DNA from: Chiloscyllium plagiosum
Lineage: Eukaryota
Direction of reading: 5' to 3'
Assembly: GCF_004010195.1 (NCBI RefSeq)
Contig: NC_057751.1
Coordinates: 1,527,167-1,591,166, forward strand
Length of the DNA: 64,000 nt
Shown here: positions 48,561-62,462 of the stretch, piece by piece
Position numbering within the stretch: position 1 is the stretch's first letter
Layout of the letters: each line of letters opens with the position of its first letter
The notes under the pieces: generated by a model
Told to the model about the DNA's origin: nothing
The model's database searches: none
Seen by the model: only the letters and a program-made list of their open reading frames with translations
Position numbers and translations under genes: made by a program

Positions 48561-48875
48561 GGGTGGCACGGTGGCACAGTGGTCAGCACTGCTGCCTCAC
48601 ACTGCCAGAGACCTGGGTTCAATTCCCGCCTCAGGTGACTGTGTGGAGTTTGCACATTCTCCCTGTGTCTGCGTGGTTTTCCTCCGGGTGCTCCGGTTTC
48701 CTCCCACAGTCCAAAAATGTGCAGGTCAGGTGAATTGGCCATGCTAAATTGGCCATAGAGTTAGGTGAAGGGGTAAATGTGGGGGATTGGGTCTGGGTGG
48801 GTTGCGCTTCGGCGGGTCGGTGTGGACTTGCTGGGCCGACGGGCCTGGTTCCACACTGTCAGTTATCTAATCTAA
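48561..48875 (+). mobile_element. Full-length HE1-like SINE
   Basis: Highly similar to the 33773 copy; tctaatctaa tail. Confidence 0.9.
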
Positions 48876-49443
48876 ATAATCCGAAAAACAAACTGAGCAA
48901 CCTCAACAGAAGTTTCTTGCTCCAACATTACAAAATAGGCAAGGTGCTCAGAGAACAGATTTGTTTCAGTGCTGAACTATTAGCTATGGTGAACAGAAAC
49001 AGCTCGGAAATTAGAAACAAAACTGTCTGTTGGGGTTAAATGGAGGGAAATCTTCTTAAGTGCTGTCTGAGCACCAACACACAATTCCATTCCAGAACAG
49101 AAATTTGATGAATTATCTTCTGAAGATGATCCATGCCCCATGACCAGTATGGAAAATACAGGGAATGTGAGGGGGAAGACCAAGAGACAGGGAGGATGTG
49201 AGAGCGAGTTAGCGTGAGAAAGGAGGAAGTTTGGGTGGGGGCACAAGCAAGAGAGAGTGAGTGAGTCAGGGAGAGACAGACAGACAGTTTCTTGCTGGAT
49301 TTTAAGAGGATCATGGGGAATCTTTGCCATTGCTTTTAATAAAGTATATGAACAGTTACAGTGACCATAAGCGGTGTGGAAGCACAGGATTCAGAGTCAG
49401 TTAAAAGCAAAGGCCATCGCGATCTGACCTAAGTTGAGCCTGA

Positions 49444-49791
49444 GGGGTGGCATGGTGGCTCAATGGTTAGTACTGCTGCCTCACAACACCAGGGAGCTGG
49501 ATTTCGATTCCATCCTCAGACGACTGTCTGTGTGGAGTTTGCACATTCTCCCTGTGCCTGCGTGGGTTTCCTCCCACAGCCCAAAGATATACTGGTTAGG
49601 TGAACTGGCCATGCTAAATTACCCATAGTGTTCAAGGATGTGTCGGTTAGGTTGGTTAGCCGTGGGAAATACAGGGGGACTAGGATAGGGTGGTGACGGG
49701 GGGAGAGAGTGGGTCTGGATGGGTTGCTTTACACAAGGTTGGTGTGGACTCGAGGGGTCAAATGGCCTGTTGCCACACTGTCGGGATTCTA
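49444..49791 (+). mobile_element. Older HE1-like SINE
   Basis: tRNA-like head, core and tail recognisable but more diverged. Confidence 0.8.
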
Positions 49792-50215
49792 TATCTCTTG
49801 GATATAAGGAAACAAAAGGGGCCATACTAACTGGAAAATGAGTTGATCCTAGGAAGATATTGGTAGCAATTCAGGGGTGCACATAAGGAACCCAAAGTAC
49901 AGTTAGAGATTCTGAACGGTGAAAACAAACAGCTTTTAGTGTTCGGGTGGGTCAATTCTGACAAGATACACCACACCATTGAGGGGCTATGAGGGTTTCA
50001 GGAAGTTTTTGAAAATTCCCTTCTTCCCCAACCTTTGGGAAGGAGTGAGCTCCCAGCTGGAGAACTTGGCAAGAGGCTTATGGGCAAGGTCAGATTGAAC
50101 CACCCAGGGTGACCCTTTCACAATGAGCTGCAAATTCAGCAGGATAGTAGGAGGGGCAGAGAGGAAGGGGACTGTAACAATGATGTGTCAATTCCACCTC
50201 TAGTGTTTAAGGAGG

Positions 50216-50743
50216 TGTGGTGTAAAATTATGTCCCAATACATGTGTGAATCATAATGTAACACATGTATTGGGCCAAGCAGTGGAATGTGGTGAAACGG
50301 TTAAAAATTATGTCCCAATACATGTGTGAATCTAACCGGAATGGAGGTGTTGCTTAGTCCCGTGTGAATCTTATTACACACCTCCCCGTGTGAATCTTCT
50401 TATCTGTATGTAACCAGAATGGAATGTGTTTTTTAGCCTTGCTCTGCTGTTCACATGAATGTTTATATCTGGAAAAGAGTATATCAGCTGGAAAAGTCTC
50501 CAGTTCGGTGAGTCTGCTCCGGGGTTACGTTTAACCGCCGAGCGTGGGTTGTTGGCAACCGCTCTACGAGAACTGACGGCTCCCAGTTCCGGTAACATGT
50601 AGAGTGAGTATAAGCCAGACCCGTTGGTTGTGGCGACGCTGCGGGGAATAAAATGCCCACATTCTAGCAGACTCGCCTCTTGGTCGTTTGTTCTGTGTCA
50701 GACTACTCTCCTACGAACCTGACCTTGAGAATTTTTTAAAACA
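50216..50743 (+). mobile_element. Solo LTR (528 bp)
   Basis: TGT...ACA termini, perfect 5-bp TSD GGAGG (50211-50215 and 50744-50748), TATAAG near 50609, AATAAA near 50647, CpG-rich. Confidence 0.8.
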
Positions 50744-50921
50744 GGAGGACACCTGGGTTGCAGCCCAGCCCCACTGCAATAAAGTAGGTCGCCATCGGCC
50801 TGAATGTTCGATTGATAAAGGAAACAAACAGGATCAGTGAGTATCCACCAGACCAGACTTGGGAGAAATACTCCAGAATGTGCACACCAGTACCTACAGG
50901 GTTCCTTGCCACGGGGGAGAT

Positions 50922-51121
50922 CTGAGTTGAAAAATGTGGTGCTGGAAAAACACAGCAGGCCAGGCAGAATCCGAGAAGCAGGAGAATCGATGTTTCGGCC
51001 ATAAACTCTTTATGCCTGAAACGTCGATTCTCCTGCTCCTCGGATGCTGCCTGGCATGCTATGTTTTTCTAGCACCACATTTTTCAACTCTGGTCTCCAG
51101 CATCTGCAGTCCTCATTTTCT
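50922..51121. mobile_element. Palindromic PLE-derived mini-element (family A)
   Basis: Inverted arms gagttgaaaaatgtggtgct.. / ..agcaccacatttttcaactc; TSD ccac(g/t)ggggagat at 50909-50921 and 51122-51134. Confidence 0.85.
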
Positions 51122-52094
51122 CCACTGGGGAGATTTGCCCTACATGTGGCCAGGAAATGCTGGTAAAGCTGCAGGATTTTGTCTTCAGTATCCCCAAGGG
51201 CAAGCAAGTCTATTATGCTAACTCAGGGACACCAGGGCTACCCATTCCAAAATGTATGAAACTGTATCCAATCCTGAACCTGCTCTGAACAACAAGTCTC
51301 AGACCAGAGGTGTGGGAGGAATATCGAATTGTCCTCCACCTCGTTCACCTGCAGCATTGTTCTGCTTCAGGCCTCGTCAGTGAGGATACTGTCCGTGAGC
51401 TAACACTAACAGGGAGAGACTTGCTTAACTCTGGAACAGCCTGAACAGTTATCCTGTCAGAATAATTACTAAAGGCCAAGGCCAGTGAGGCACTATAAGG
51501 GACAGTGAGCAGCCGCAGTCCTTTAAGGATCCCAGCTCGGGCCTGCCAAAGACAGAACCGAGAGAAAACGAATGCAGCACAAAGGAACCCACTGAGCAAA
51601 AGGAGTTCTGTCTGGCTCTTAGGGAAAGAATGACATGCCTGAGAACAGCACACTTTCAGCAAAGGTACAAAGATCTGGCTGTGGTTCTGTAGCTCTGGAT
51701 AGAGCAGCAGAATCCAAGTGTTTGGGATAACCCAGGTTAAATCCTCAAAACTGTAAGGGTTGAGCTCGGACCAACAAGAGCCAAAAGACACCAAGGTTAA
51801 TGGCAAAGCAGGGTCTTTCGCTGCAGACTTAAACAGAAATTGAGAAAGGAAATGGGGCAATGTGGATGAGAAGCAGCCTGTGTGAAGCCAGTTCACCAGA
51901 CTCCTTTGACATCCAAATGATGATCAGGAGGGAGCTGCCTCACAGTACAGTATAGCATGGGCTGGGACTACCACCCCGACGGCACTGGATCCCCCAAACA
52001 GAGATGGCAGCAGTTTCAATACTCAAAGCCTCGACTCAGGAAAAATAAACTCTCCTGTGGTTTGAGTATCCCTGCATCTGCTGCATGACAGCTG

Positions 52095-52555
52095 AAGTGT
52101 AACCACTCCTGGGTTAAGCTCACTAATGGTCTTTAGGGAAAGGAATCTGCCACCCTCACCTGATCTGGCCTACATGTGACCCCAGAACAACAGCAGCATG
52201 GTTACCTCTCAACTGCCCTTTGAAATGGCCCAGCAAGTGACTCGTGTATACCAATCACTACAAAGTCTCAAGAAAGAAATGGAAGCAGACAGACCTCCTC
52301 GCATTGACCTAGGCACTGGAATAGACAATAGCAGGTACAGCCCTGACTCCCCTGCAAAGTCCTTCTCACTAACTAGTTTGGGCCTAACGCCAAATCAAAC
52401 ACCAGCCTGACATAGTCATAATCAGGGAGTCATACCAGACAGACACCAACCCAGACCCCAGTATAATCATTCCTGCATGTGTCCCGTGGCAATTACAGAC
52501 AGGCAATAAGTGTTGGTCCAGCCAGGAACACTCACATCCCACGAACAAATAACAA
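52095..52555 (+). mobile_element. SINE/LINE-derived repeat
   Basis: cactaat..ctttagggaagg..ctggcctacatgtgac core and ggcaataa..ccagcc tail, shared with other copies in the window. Confidence 0.55.
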
Positions 52556-53609
52556 AAATATATGCTTGTTTTGACATGAATTTTCCAAAATAGAAAATTC
52601 TACCATGATTGGATACAGATCCTAACACTGTTGATATACAATTGTAGTCTCATTTTCAGCAAGACACTGTTATACTTAATGGTCAGGAAACTGACATGAT
52701 AAAATGTACATACATAATACAAAAGTCAATATGCACCATTCTAAGATGCTTTTGAGGCAGTTTTGCTTGTTTGTTCCAACAAATGCTGTTCTTCAAAGCA
52801 AGCCACTGCAGGTTGGCAAAAGCCATCTGCTAAATCCTGGCTTCATGACCATGGATTGTTATTCCAGAGTGAGAAAAAGCACCTTTATTAAGAATTCAAA
52901 ATTCTTCCACCGAGATTACATCAAACACATTGCGGTGAGACATATCGCCAACAGTAGTTACTAATGACCTCAGAACTCTAAATTCAGGCAGATTGCTTTG
53001 ATAAACCTACTGCCTTTTGCAAAAGCTCAGAAACCAGGATTTGTTCATGCACACCAGACACAATTTCTCCCAGTGCAGAGTAAAAGTGAAGACTCAGCTT
53101 TACATACTCGCAACATCAGGAACTGATGACAACCTTTGAACAGCATTAGCAGTTAGCAAATAAAACTCTATTTTAAAATGAAGTTCCGTTATCTATAAAT
53201 AATCTACACTTGTACTTTCCAACTTGGCTTTAAATGTGATTTTGTGCATATAAAGGGCCATACAGCAGAGCAGCACAAACACAAAACTACTCCTTGTCTG
53301 CAGTTGATTGGAGGACAGCACACTATTGAAGAACCTTATATTGGACACAGTGGATATTACCTGAAAAGTCATGTTAAAATGCTCTTCCATGTTACATGCC
53401 ACTTTGAGAATTGATTATTCCTTGAAATTATTGGCTCTGTTGCTCATGAAAATTATTGCAACAGAATACTAAATTTACGGAAACAGAACTTTGAAATTTG
53501 TCTTTGCAATTTCTAACTAAGATTGTTCTCTATTTCCTTCAACTTCCCAATTCAAGGATGCAGCTTTTTTTAACCAAGAAAACATTCACTAGTCCGATAT
53601 ATGCTTGTA

Positions 53610-53803
53610 CAGGCCATTCTGCCATTACATGCGTTTCGTTGTTTCGCTGCAATGTGATTGACGAATTGGGGATGCTGTGAGCAAAGCGCAAACTTTTAAA
53701 ACGTGTGTTGGCTGTAATGCAATTCCATTGCCAACACTTTAAGCGCTGTTTTGAAAGTGAGGATCCACAAGAACACAACTGTCACATTATAGAAGAACTA
53801 CCT
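53610..53803. mobile_element. Tc1/mariner (Tigger-like) MITE, degenerate
   Basis: TA|CAGGCCATTCTGCCATTA start and TTATAGAAGAACTACCT end form imperfect TIRs; a related end occurs at ~26768-26845. Confidence 0.55.
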
Positions 53804-56800
53804 AGACCTTGAAGATGGATGTGAGGAGTTGAGATAAAGTGTGTCAGGATCAGAAAACTCAGGACAGGCATTTCTGCTGCTTCCAAAACGTTAGCCGACC
53901 TCCAAACCGCATTTCCACCTGACATTTATCTCAAAAACAGAGGAGGGGAAGGGTTGGCTTTTGTGAGCTGTGGTGCAGAGCAGGAGAAGTGTGGGTGCAG
54001 AGGTGAGCTGGTTATTCGGCCCATCTTGGTTTTGGGGATAGCATTCCAATATTATTCTTATACCATGAAATTTCATTCCCCTCCACTGCCCCCTCACACC
54101 CCTTTCCTGCAACATGTACCATTCCACTCTACCAGCAGATTTAAAAATCTTAAAAAAAACTATTTGGTGACAGTGGTAATTTACAACACAACAGTAACAG
54201 AGAGAGCTGGGGGACACCAGCAAAGAACAGAACTTTCTGTTCATTGGTCGGATGTATTGGCAGGCTATACGTATTACTGGCTCAATTACCTATCTCTAAT
54301 TGCTCAAGACAATACTGGCAAGCTGTTTTCTGAAACTGCGAGACTCCACAAGGTCAAAGACAATTGTTAAGCCAATTGAAATGGATATAATTCAGTACCT
54401 GTGCATAACAAAAACTTATCAATCAATTTTTAAACATGCAACTGATCTACCAGCAACTCTAATTTATGCAAGAATTCTCTACTTCCAAACTCTTTGGATT
54501 TATATAGGTGAAGTAATCTCAATCCTGAAAAAGGACATTGCTATAGCTTTTAAACTGTATCCCGAGACTCCCTATCCCAACCAACAAAATTAGCTTTGAC
54601 CTACAAAATCAATTCCCTTCATTAGATTGCCAACTTAAGTCAAATTACCCTTAACCTTCTAAATTCTAGGCAATACAGCCAGCGTTTGTGAACTTTTGAC
54701 TTGTATCATACCAAAATTTGCACTACACCCACCCCCGGTACCTTTCCCTGAAGCGTGGTGTTCAGAACTGCTCAGCGCTCCTGGTGTTTCATGGAATTCC
54801 CCTTGGCATAAGTCCCATGATTGTAGCTTTCAGACCACATCATGATGCAGGTGCATTCTTGTCTTGAAATGGCTGAGTCCTCTACTGTAGAAAAAGAAAC
54901 TTGCACAAAGCACGTGCAACCTGTCACACAGCCACTCTCAGACCTTCCAAGAATTACTGTCTGGAGTCTCTACCCACAGCTGCTTCATCAATGACATTCC
55001 CTCAGTCATAAAGTCAGAATTCGGATAACTGCACTTTTTGTGACTCGTCAGACACAGACACAATCCATGTTCAAATGCACCAAGATCTTGAACTTGTGTT
55101 TACAGTGTCTCTGTGTCAAAATCCAGAATTTACCCCCAAAGGGCATTATGGGTTAAGGTACAACATGTGGACTGTAGGGTTGGCAGCTCACCACCACCTT
55201 CAGAAGGGCAACTAGGCATGAGCAACACATTCAGGCCCAGCCAGTGATGCCAACATCTCACATATAAATTGTAACAAAACTCCAACCCACATCAGGCTTG
55301 CAACTCCATTTCTCAAGCCAACCACAGACTCCTGAAACCAAAATCCTTCCTGTTGGACAACCTCCCTCGAACCGAACCTGCTCAGGTATGCTGACATTAC
55401 TTGGCTGCAGATAAATGAAGCTATGTGGGCTTAATATTGCAATGAGTGTATGAGAGAACGAAGAGATATCCGTGTGCCTTACTCTCCTTTCACCAGATCA
55501 CAGGTGAAAAATAGAGTTTGTCTGTATCCCCAAATGTGAAAGGTGTCACAAAGAGAATACGAATCAATTGTGAATTCCTATCTCTCTACTTAGGAGTCAC
55601 TGTTTCAAAAGCTCAAACAGACTGACAAACTTAGTTAGATACAAGCAAAATACTATGGATGCTGGAGACCTGAAATTAAAACCAAGTGGTGCAGAAATAC
55701 AGGAAATCAGGCAGCTTCTGGGGAGGGTGAGAGTTCATGCATTTGGTATGACACTCAACAGCCACTTCCATGTCATTTTCTGTTACATCTGTTACTTTTT
55801 AGAAGCAAGGAGGAGGCATGTGGAGACTGAATGGTAACTAATAAATCTTTTATGTTCAGGAAATTCTCTCCAGCTTAGCTGCTGAGGGTTATGAAGCTCC
55901 AAATGCAAGAGCAACAGAGAATGAAAACAGCCAGCCACAGACACCATCATCTCACCAACTCTGTATGGGGCAAAAAAACAGAACACCCCAAGCGGCTTCA
56001 ATAAAGGAATTCCCAAAAGATTCAAGTTCCCCTGTTCAAACATTAAAGCAAAGCACAGCCTTCACTATACAGACAAGAGTGTCTTGATCACTGGGAAAAT
56101 CAGGACAGAGAGAGAAAATAAAAGAGCTTTCACCTTTTCATCTTCAGAAGTTTGGTTAACTTGTCCATATATACTTTGCAACCAGTTGTGAGCCCACCTG
56201 CCGTCAATGTGTGTATTTGGGTGGGTTTTGAAGGGGTATAATTAAAGTCCTTGCTTTTACTACTCTTGCTGAAGTTCAGTGTGTCAGTATAAATAGTTAG
56301 CTTTACTCTCATCGAGAGTAAACCTGGTATGGCATGCTTTTGTCCTGGCTAGCAGCCAGTTAGGCAAACAGTGATTTTTACACATTTATAGTTTATACCA
56401 TGATCTGTGGAGCAGTGAGGCACTGCTATTGATGGACTGTTCCCAACTGGGTTTTTCAAGTTGTACGTCGGGAACAAAGGCAGTGAAATTCAAAGATGGT
56501 GGATGGATTTATTCAACAAGACTGCTCCGTCCTCAATGGTGTCAATCTTGCTGAATGAATGTTGTTGGAGGGGCACTCGTTCAGGAAAACAGACTTTGTT
56601 CCATTCCCTTCGTGATTTGTTCCTTGTAAATGATGGACAAGCAATGGAGAGTCAGGCAGACCCCAGCACAGGGTGTTGACAGTGGGCATTCTACATCTCT
56701 CAATGTCGAGAGGAGACCAATGGGCATTTCTGTGAAACATGGCCAGTACCTTGCATTTCTATCATACAATCAGAGGTCAACAGCACAGATAAAGGCCCAT

Positions 56801-56839
56801 CCACTGACTGAGTTTACACGAGTAAAAAATATCACTCAA

Positions 56840-57400
56840 CAATTGTAATCCCATTTCTCGCACTTGGCCCATCACCTTGTATGCCTTGGCATTGTTAGCG
56901 TAATGTGAAGATTATCAATGTTATAAGGATTCTGCCTTTGCCATCTTTACAGGCAGTGAGTTCCAGATTCCCACCAGCATCTGGATGAAAACATTTTGTC
57001 TCACATCCCCTCTGAACCTCCTATCCCTCAGTTTAAACCTACACTCCTGACCACTGATTGCTCCAGTGAGGGGAAAGTTTCTGCCAGACTTAGTCTGTCT
57101 ATGCCCCTCAATTTTATCCATCTCAATCTTATCGATCTCAATCTTGTCCCCTCTCAATCTCCTTTGCTCCAAATAAAACAATCCCAATCTCTCTTTGTAA
57201 GCGAAACACTCCAGCCCAGGTAACATCCTGGCATAACTCCTCTGCACCCTCTTCACAAACACATTGCTCCGACAATGAGGATTCTGGAAATGCACCCTTC
57301 AGTTGTGGCTCAGCAACACTTTATATAGTCGCAGCATCACCTCCCTGCTCTTCAACTCTGTGCCTCTGATAATAAAGGCAAACATCCCATGTGCCTTCTT
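56840..57400 (-). mobile_element. CR1-clade LINE 3' end
   Basis: ORF KRVQRSYARMLPGLE..YKERLGLFYLEQRRLRGD..IWNSLP. Confidence 0.85.
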
Positions 57401-58439
57401 AAGCACTGAGACAACTTCCCATTAGCTATTGCACGTTACTTATCAGCCCAAGCCTGAATGACGTCCTGGTTCTCCTGCATGAAGAAACAAACTATTTGAC
57501 TCTCTGAGGTGCTGCACATTGTGCAATTATCAGTGAATGCCCTGAGTTCAGACTTCAGAGGCAGGAAGATCATTCATGAGGCAGCCAAAGATGGATGGGC
57601 TGAGGAGATGTCTAAGGCACTCCTGCAGTGATATCCTGTGCAGCCAGAACTTAACTCTCCATGAGGAGAAAGCGAGATCTATTGCTTGCTACAAGTGAAA
57701 GGTAAACAAACCTTATTAAGACAGGGGTATGGAGGACGCAGGAATACATGATCAAGAAAAAAAGCACATAGTTCATTTGTTATCAAAATCTACTTGTTCT
57801 TCAGTTGTCTCCTTTGCTTCCCACTGTCCGACCATATCTTCAGTTCTCAAGAAGCCACAGTGAAAACATGAGGGCACCAGTCTGTGTCATGGCTGCTGTT
57901 GTGGAAGTTTTCCTCTTTAACCCCTCCACAGAAAAAGGCACTTTATTGAGTTATTAAAAGGCTGTGAGATCATCCATCAGAAGATGCCTTCTGATTTTGA
58001 CAAAAATATCAGACCACGTCCTCCACTGCAGGGCTGAATCTCATTTCAATCCTGGCACTTCTCCTGGCAAGCTACCCTTAAACAAAATGCTCTTTCTGAC
58101 ACATCTCTTCACAGCTCAGCTCATCTGACACATGCAAACAATGTTTACAACCAATTACACTTTGTTTCCAGCACTCAATGAACATGACACTGAGGTGTTT
58201 GCTCCACAAGTCTGACATATGCCAGTATCCTGCAGTGTGGACATGTGGACTAAAACAAACCCATTTTTTATGACACGTTGCAGAGCTATGGGTGGTTCTT
58301 TGGCAAAGGAGATCCAACCTTGGTCAAAATTGATGAAACAATTCTCAAATTGCACAATGTGAGGGACAGCCCTGCAGATGTCAAATGGAGCATCCCAACC
58401 AAGTGAAGTTAACTGAATGAAGAACAGGACCCCAAGTTA

Positions 58440-61110
58440 AACAGCAGAATGAGGCCATTTGGCCCATTGAGTCTGCTCCACCATTCAATCCTTTTCCTGC
58501 TTTCTCCCGGTAATCCTTTAGATCCCCTGACGAATCGGGAACCTACCAATCTGTCTTAAATACTCTCAATGATTTGGCGTCCACAGCCGTCCGCAGTAAT
58601 GAGTTCCACAGATTAACAACCCTTGAGCTGAAGAAATTCCTCCTCATGTCAGTTATCAAGGCTGTGCACTCAGGTCCAAGTCTCTCCTAAACATGGAAAC
58701 ATCGTCTCCACATTCACTCTATCGAGGTCTCTCAGTATTCTCTAAGTTTCAATTAGATCCCCCCCCATCCTTCTAAACTCCATCCAATACAGACCCAGAC
58801 ACCTCAACCTCTCCTCAGACCAGAAGCCCTTTCATCCCCAGGACCATTTTTGTTAATCTATTCTGGACTTCCTCCAACACTTAGACAAAGGTCCCAAAAC
58901 TCATCATAATATTTCCATGTCACCTGGTCAGAGCCTTTTACAGCATCAGGGATGCATCCCTGCTCTTTAATTGTAGCCCTCTTGAAATGGAGGCTAACAT
59001 TGCATTTGCCTTTCTATCTGCCAACTGAACCTGCATGTTCCCCTGAACAGAATCCTGAACAAGAACTCCCAAGTCGCTTTGTACTTCAGATTTCTGAAGC
59101 CTTTGCCTGTTTAGAAATTAGTCGATGTCTCTATTCTTCCCAGCTAAGTACATAACCTCACATTTTCCCATGCTGTATTCCACCTGTCAGTTTTCTGCCC
59201 ACTCTCCACGTCTGTCCAAGTCTTTCTGCAAACTCCCCGGGTCCTCAACACGACCTGTCCCTCCACCTATCTTTGCGTCAGCTGCAAACTTAGCAACAAT
59301 GTCCTCAGTTCCCTCATCCAGATCATTAATACATAACACAAACAGTTGGGGTCCCCACACAGTTCCCTGCTGAACTTCAGTAGTCATGGCTGCCATCCTG
59401 AAGATGTCTCCCCACTCTGCCTTCTGCCAGTCAGCATCTTCCCCCTAATACCATGGGCTCTTATCTTACTTTGCAGCCTCCTGTGTGGCAGCTTGTCAAA
59501 ACCCTTCTGGTATCCAAATCAATCACATCCACTGGCTCTTAGTCTAACTTACTCAATACCTCCTCAAAAGAATTCTGACAGATTTGTCAGGCATGGCGAA
59601 GCTGTGCTGACTCAACTTCCAAGTACTGTACTGTGCAATCTCATCCTTAATAATGGACTCTAAACTCAACCAACAAGGGGTCAGGCTAACTGAGCAAACG
59701 TTTCCTGCCTTCTGCCCCCCACCCTTATAAAACAGAGGTGTTACATTGGCTACTTTCCAGATCTTTGGGACCCTCCCTGACTCCAATGATTCTGAAAGAT
59801 CATCACCAATGTCTCCACAATCTCCTTCAGAACCCTGGGATGCAGTCCATCTTGTCTGGGTGACTTATTCACTTTCAGACCTTAGAGCTTCCCCAATACC
59901 TTCCCTTTAGTGTTGGCCACTGCACTCCTGACTCTCAAAGTTCTGGTCCACAGCTGGGGTTTTCCAGTATAAAAACTGATGCAAAGTACCAATTCAGTTC
60001 CTCCACCATTTCTTTGTTTCCCATTACTACTTCTCCAGCCTCATCTTTCAGTGGACCAATGTCCATCCTTGCCTCTTGTATTTTAGCTATCTAAAAAGGC
60101 TCTTGTAATTTTAAAGAAATATTTCCAGCTATCTTACCCTGACGTTTCATATTGCTGTTGTAGTTATCCTCTGCTGGTTTTGAAAGGGTTCCCAATCCTC
60201 TGGCTTCCCATGCATCTTCACCACACTGTATAGCTGCTCTTTTGCTTTTACACTATCCCTGACTCCCCTTGTCAGCAATGGTTGCCACATCCTCCCCTTG
60301 CTATGAAACTTGGGATGGATTTCTGCTGGTCCTCCCCAATTACCCCAAGAAACCTCTGACATTGCTGTTCCACCATCTTCCCTGCTAGGTTCTCCTTTCA
60401 ATCAACTCAAGCCAGCTCCTCCCTTATGTTTTTATAGTTATCTTCACTCAAATGAAATACCAGAAGATCTGATTGCAGCTTTGCCCTCTCAAACTACAGG
60501 GTGAATTTGCTCATTTTGTGGTCATTCACCCTCAGGATTTCTTCACCTTCAGCTGAGAATCAAGCCTGCCTAATTGCACATCATCAATTCACCAATGGAT
60601 AAATCACCCGGACTGGATGGACTACAACAAGCTGCTCCAAAAAAACCCCATCCAGTAAACATTCCCCCAGTTCCTTAAAGATCACGATTTTCCCAGTCTA
60701 CCTGCATATTGCAGACATGATTATTCTAACAGTGCCTTTCTTTCATGCCTTCTCTATCTCCTGATTTATTTTCTTCCCCAAGTTGGGTACTGCTAAGAAG
60801 CCTGTACCCAACTCCAATAAGGTTATTTTCTCCTTGGCATTTCCTCAACTTCACCCACACAGATTCGACATCTTCTGACTCTACATCAGTTCTTGCTAAC
60901 AATTTAATTTCATTCCCTTCATGAGAAGGTAATGCCAACCCCGCTGCCTATTTGTCTGTCCTTTTGATTAGGACATGTATCCTTGGATATTCAGCTCCCA
61001 GCCCTATCCCCTTGCAGCTACATCTCTGTGATTCCCACAACATTGTACCTACCAATTTCAATCTGCATGACAAGCTCATTTACCTTATTTCTTATACTAC
61101 ATTCATTTGA
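58440..61110 (-). mobile_element. Long degenerate CR1-clade LINE (endonuclease plus RT)
   Basis: ORF fragments [54 protein letters not shown]. Confidence 0.88.
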
Positions 61111-61577
61111 GTACATATTAAATCCAACTTACAGGAATGGAAGCAGCAGGTGAACTCATGTTACCTTCACAGTGAAAGAGCATCAAGAATGCGAATTCAC
61201 TTTTCTCCTGCAAGATGAAACCGCTGGCTTACCCTCAAGTTAACATACAACCCGACACTGCAGTAAAATGGAATGAGACCATTAGTGGGCAGAAGGATCT
61301 CACTCTCCTTCAAAAGTAGTTTGAGCTTCAACAATCAATTTGCACACCACGAGAGGCATATGGTGCCGAGCCAAAGCAAATTCTTCCTGATGCTACACAT
61401 GTAACTGTATTGTTTTAAACTCAAAGGTAATGAGCAATCAATATCCTCACTATGCAGCAATTACAAAACAAGGCCAGGTTAATCCAATCCTTCAATTCTC
61501 TGTACAACAAACATATTCCAACCGACACACTCAGTGCCAAGATGAAGAAATACCAAAAATGGCAATTCGCTGTTGTT

Positions 61578-61628
61578 AGAGACAGACATATAATTTTGTT
61601 CTAATCAGAGACAGACATATAATTTTGT
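61578..61628. repeat. 22-bp direct repeat separated by TCTAATC
   Basis: agagacagacatataattttgt at 61578-61599 and 61607-61628. Confidence 0.9.
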
Positions 61629-62462
61629 AACTGGAATGTACAACACAGTTCACTGAATTGAATTAAACTAATCAACCTTGCTTCATCAATTAAGTTTTTT
61701 TTATGCCGCACATCTCTACTTTCTGAGCACAACCAGTCAATGACACTATTACTTTTTTAACAGAATAAACAGCCTTCATTACAAAATATCCAAATAGCCA
61801 TAATGTCTCAGAACCTAAAAACTAACAAAAAGCATGAGAATTTATTGTAGAATTAATTAGCAGCTCTGTTAATATTGTTAGGGATTAGACCAAACCCCCC
61901 TTCAAACGCATCAAGGAGACAGCCTCGACCTGAACTTTCATCTTTTTTTAAAGGTATGCGTGAGGTGCTGTGTTCCAAAAGTCATTTGATGGTTCAGCTT
62001 GAAGCAAAACACTTTATTCTTAGCCTCCAGTTAAAATACAAAAGAAATTGGTATAACATTAACTCTATTGGGAAACTTAATGGAACAGTAGATTATTTAA
62101 CTGTGAAACAGTAACCGCTCCAGTATATGAATACCCCATAAACACAGCCTTAGCAAAGGCAAATTCAGTAAAGTAGTTTGTTTCAAATGAGGTATATCTC
62201 CAGAAGGAAAAAAAACACCAGGAGAAAATTCTAGGTGAGAGAAAGATATTGCAGCTTCCATAACCAACTTCAAAACCCCAACAACTGGAAGTTAAACGAA
62301 AACCCTGGTTCTAAGGGAGCCTGATTCCACCCATTCATGCTGCTTCTATTGTTCTAACTTTTTCAAAATCTCAAAGGCATAACAAGCTATGTTTACACTT
62401 TAGTGGCTTAGAAGAGGCAACTTGGCACTGATAGCTCAAAACCTCGCCTCAAAAACAAAACC

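Noticed and set aside
51345..51896. 183-aa - strand ORF
   Set aside because: No recognisable protein motif and a non-ATG start; likely decayed repeat sequence.
61876..62460. Possible LTR-like element starting tgttagggattag
   Set aside because: No matching end or TSD could be established by eye.
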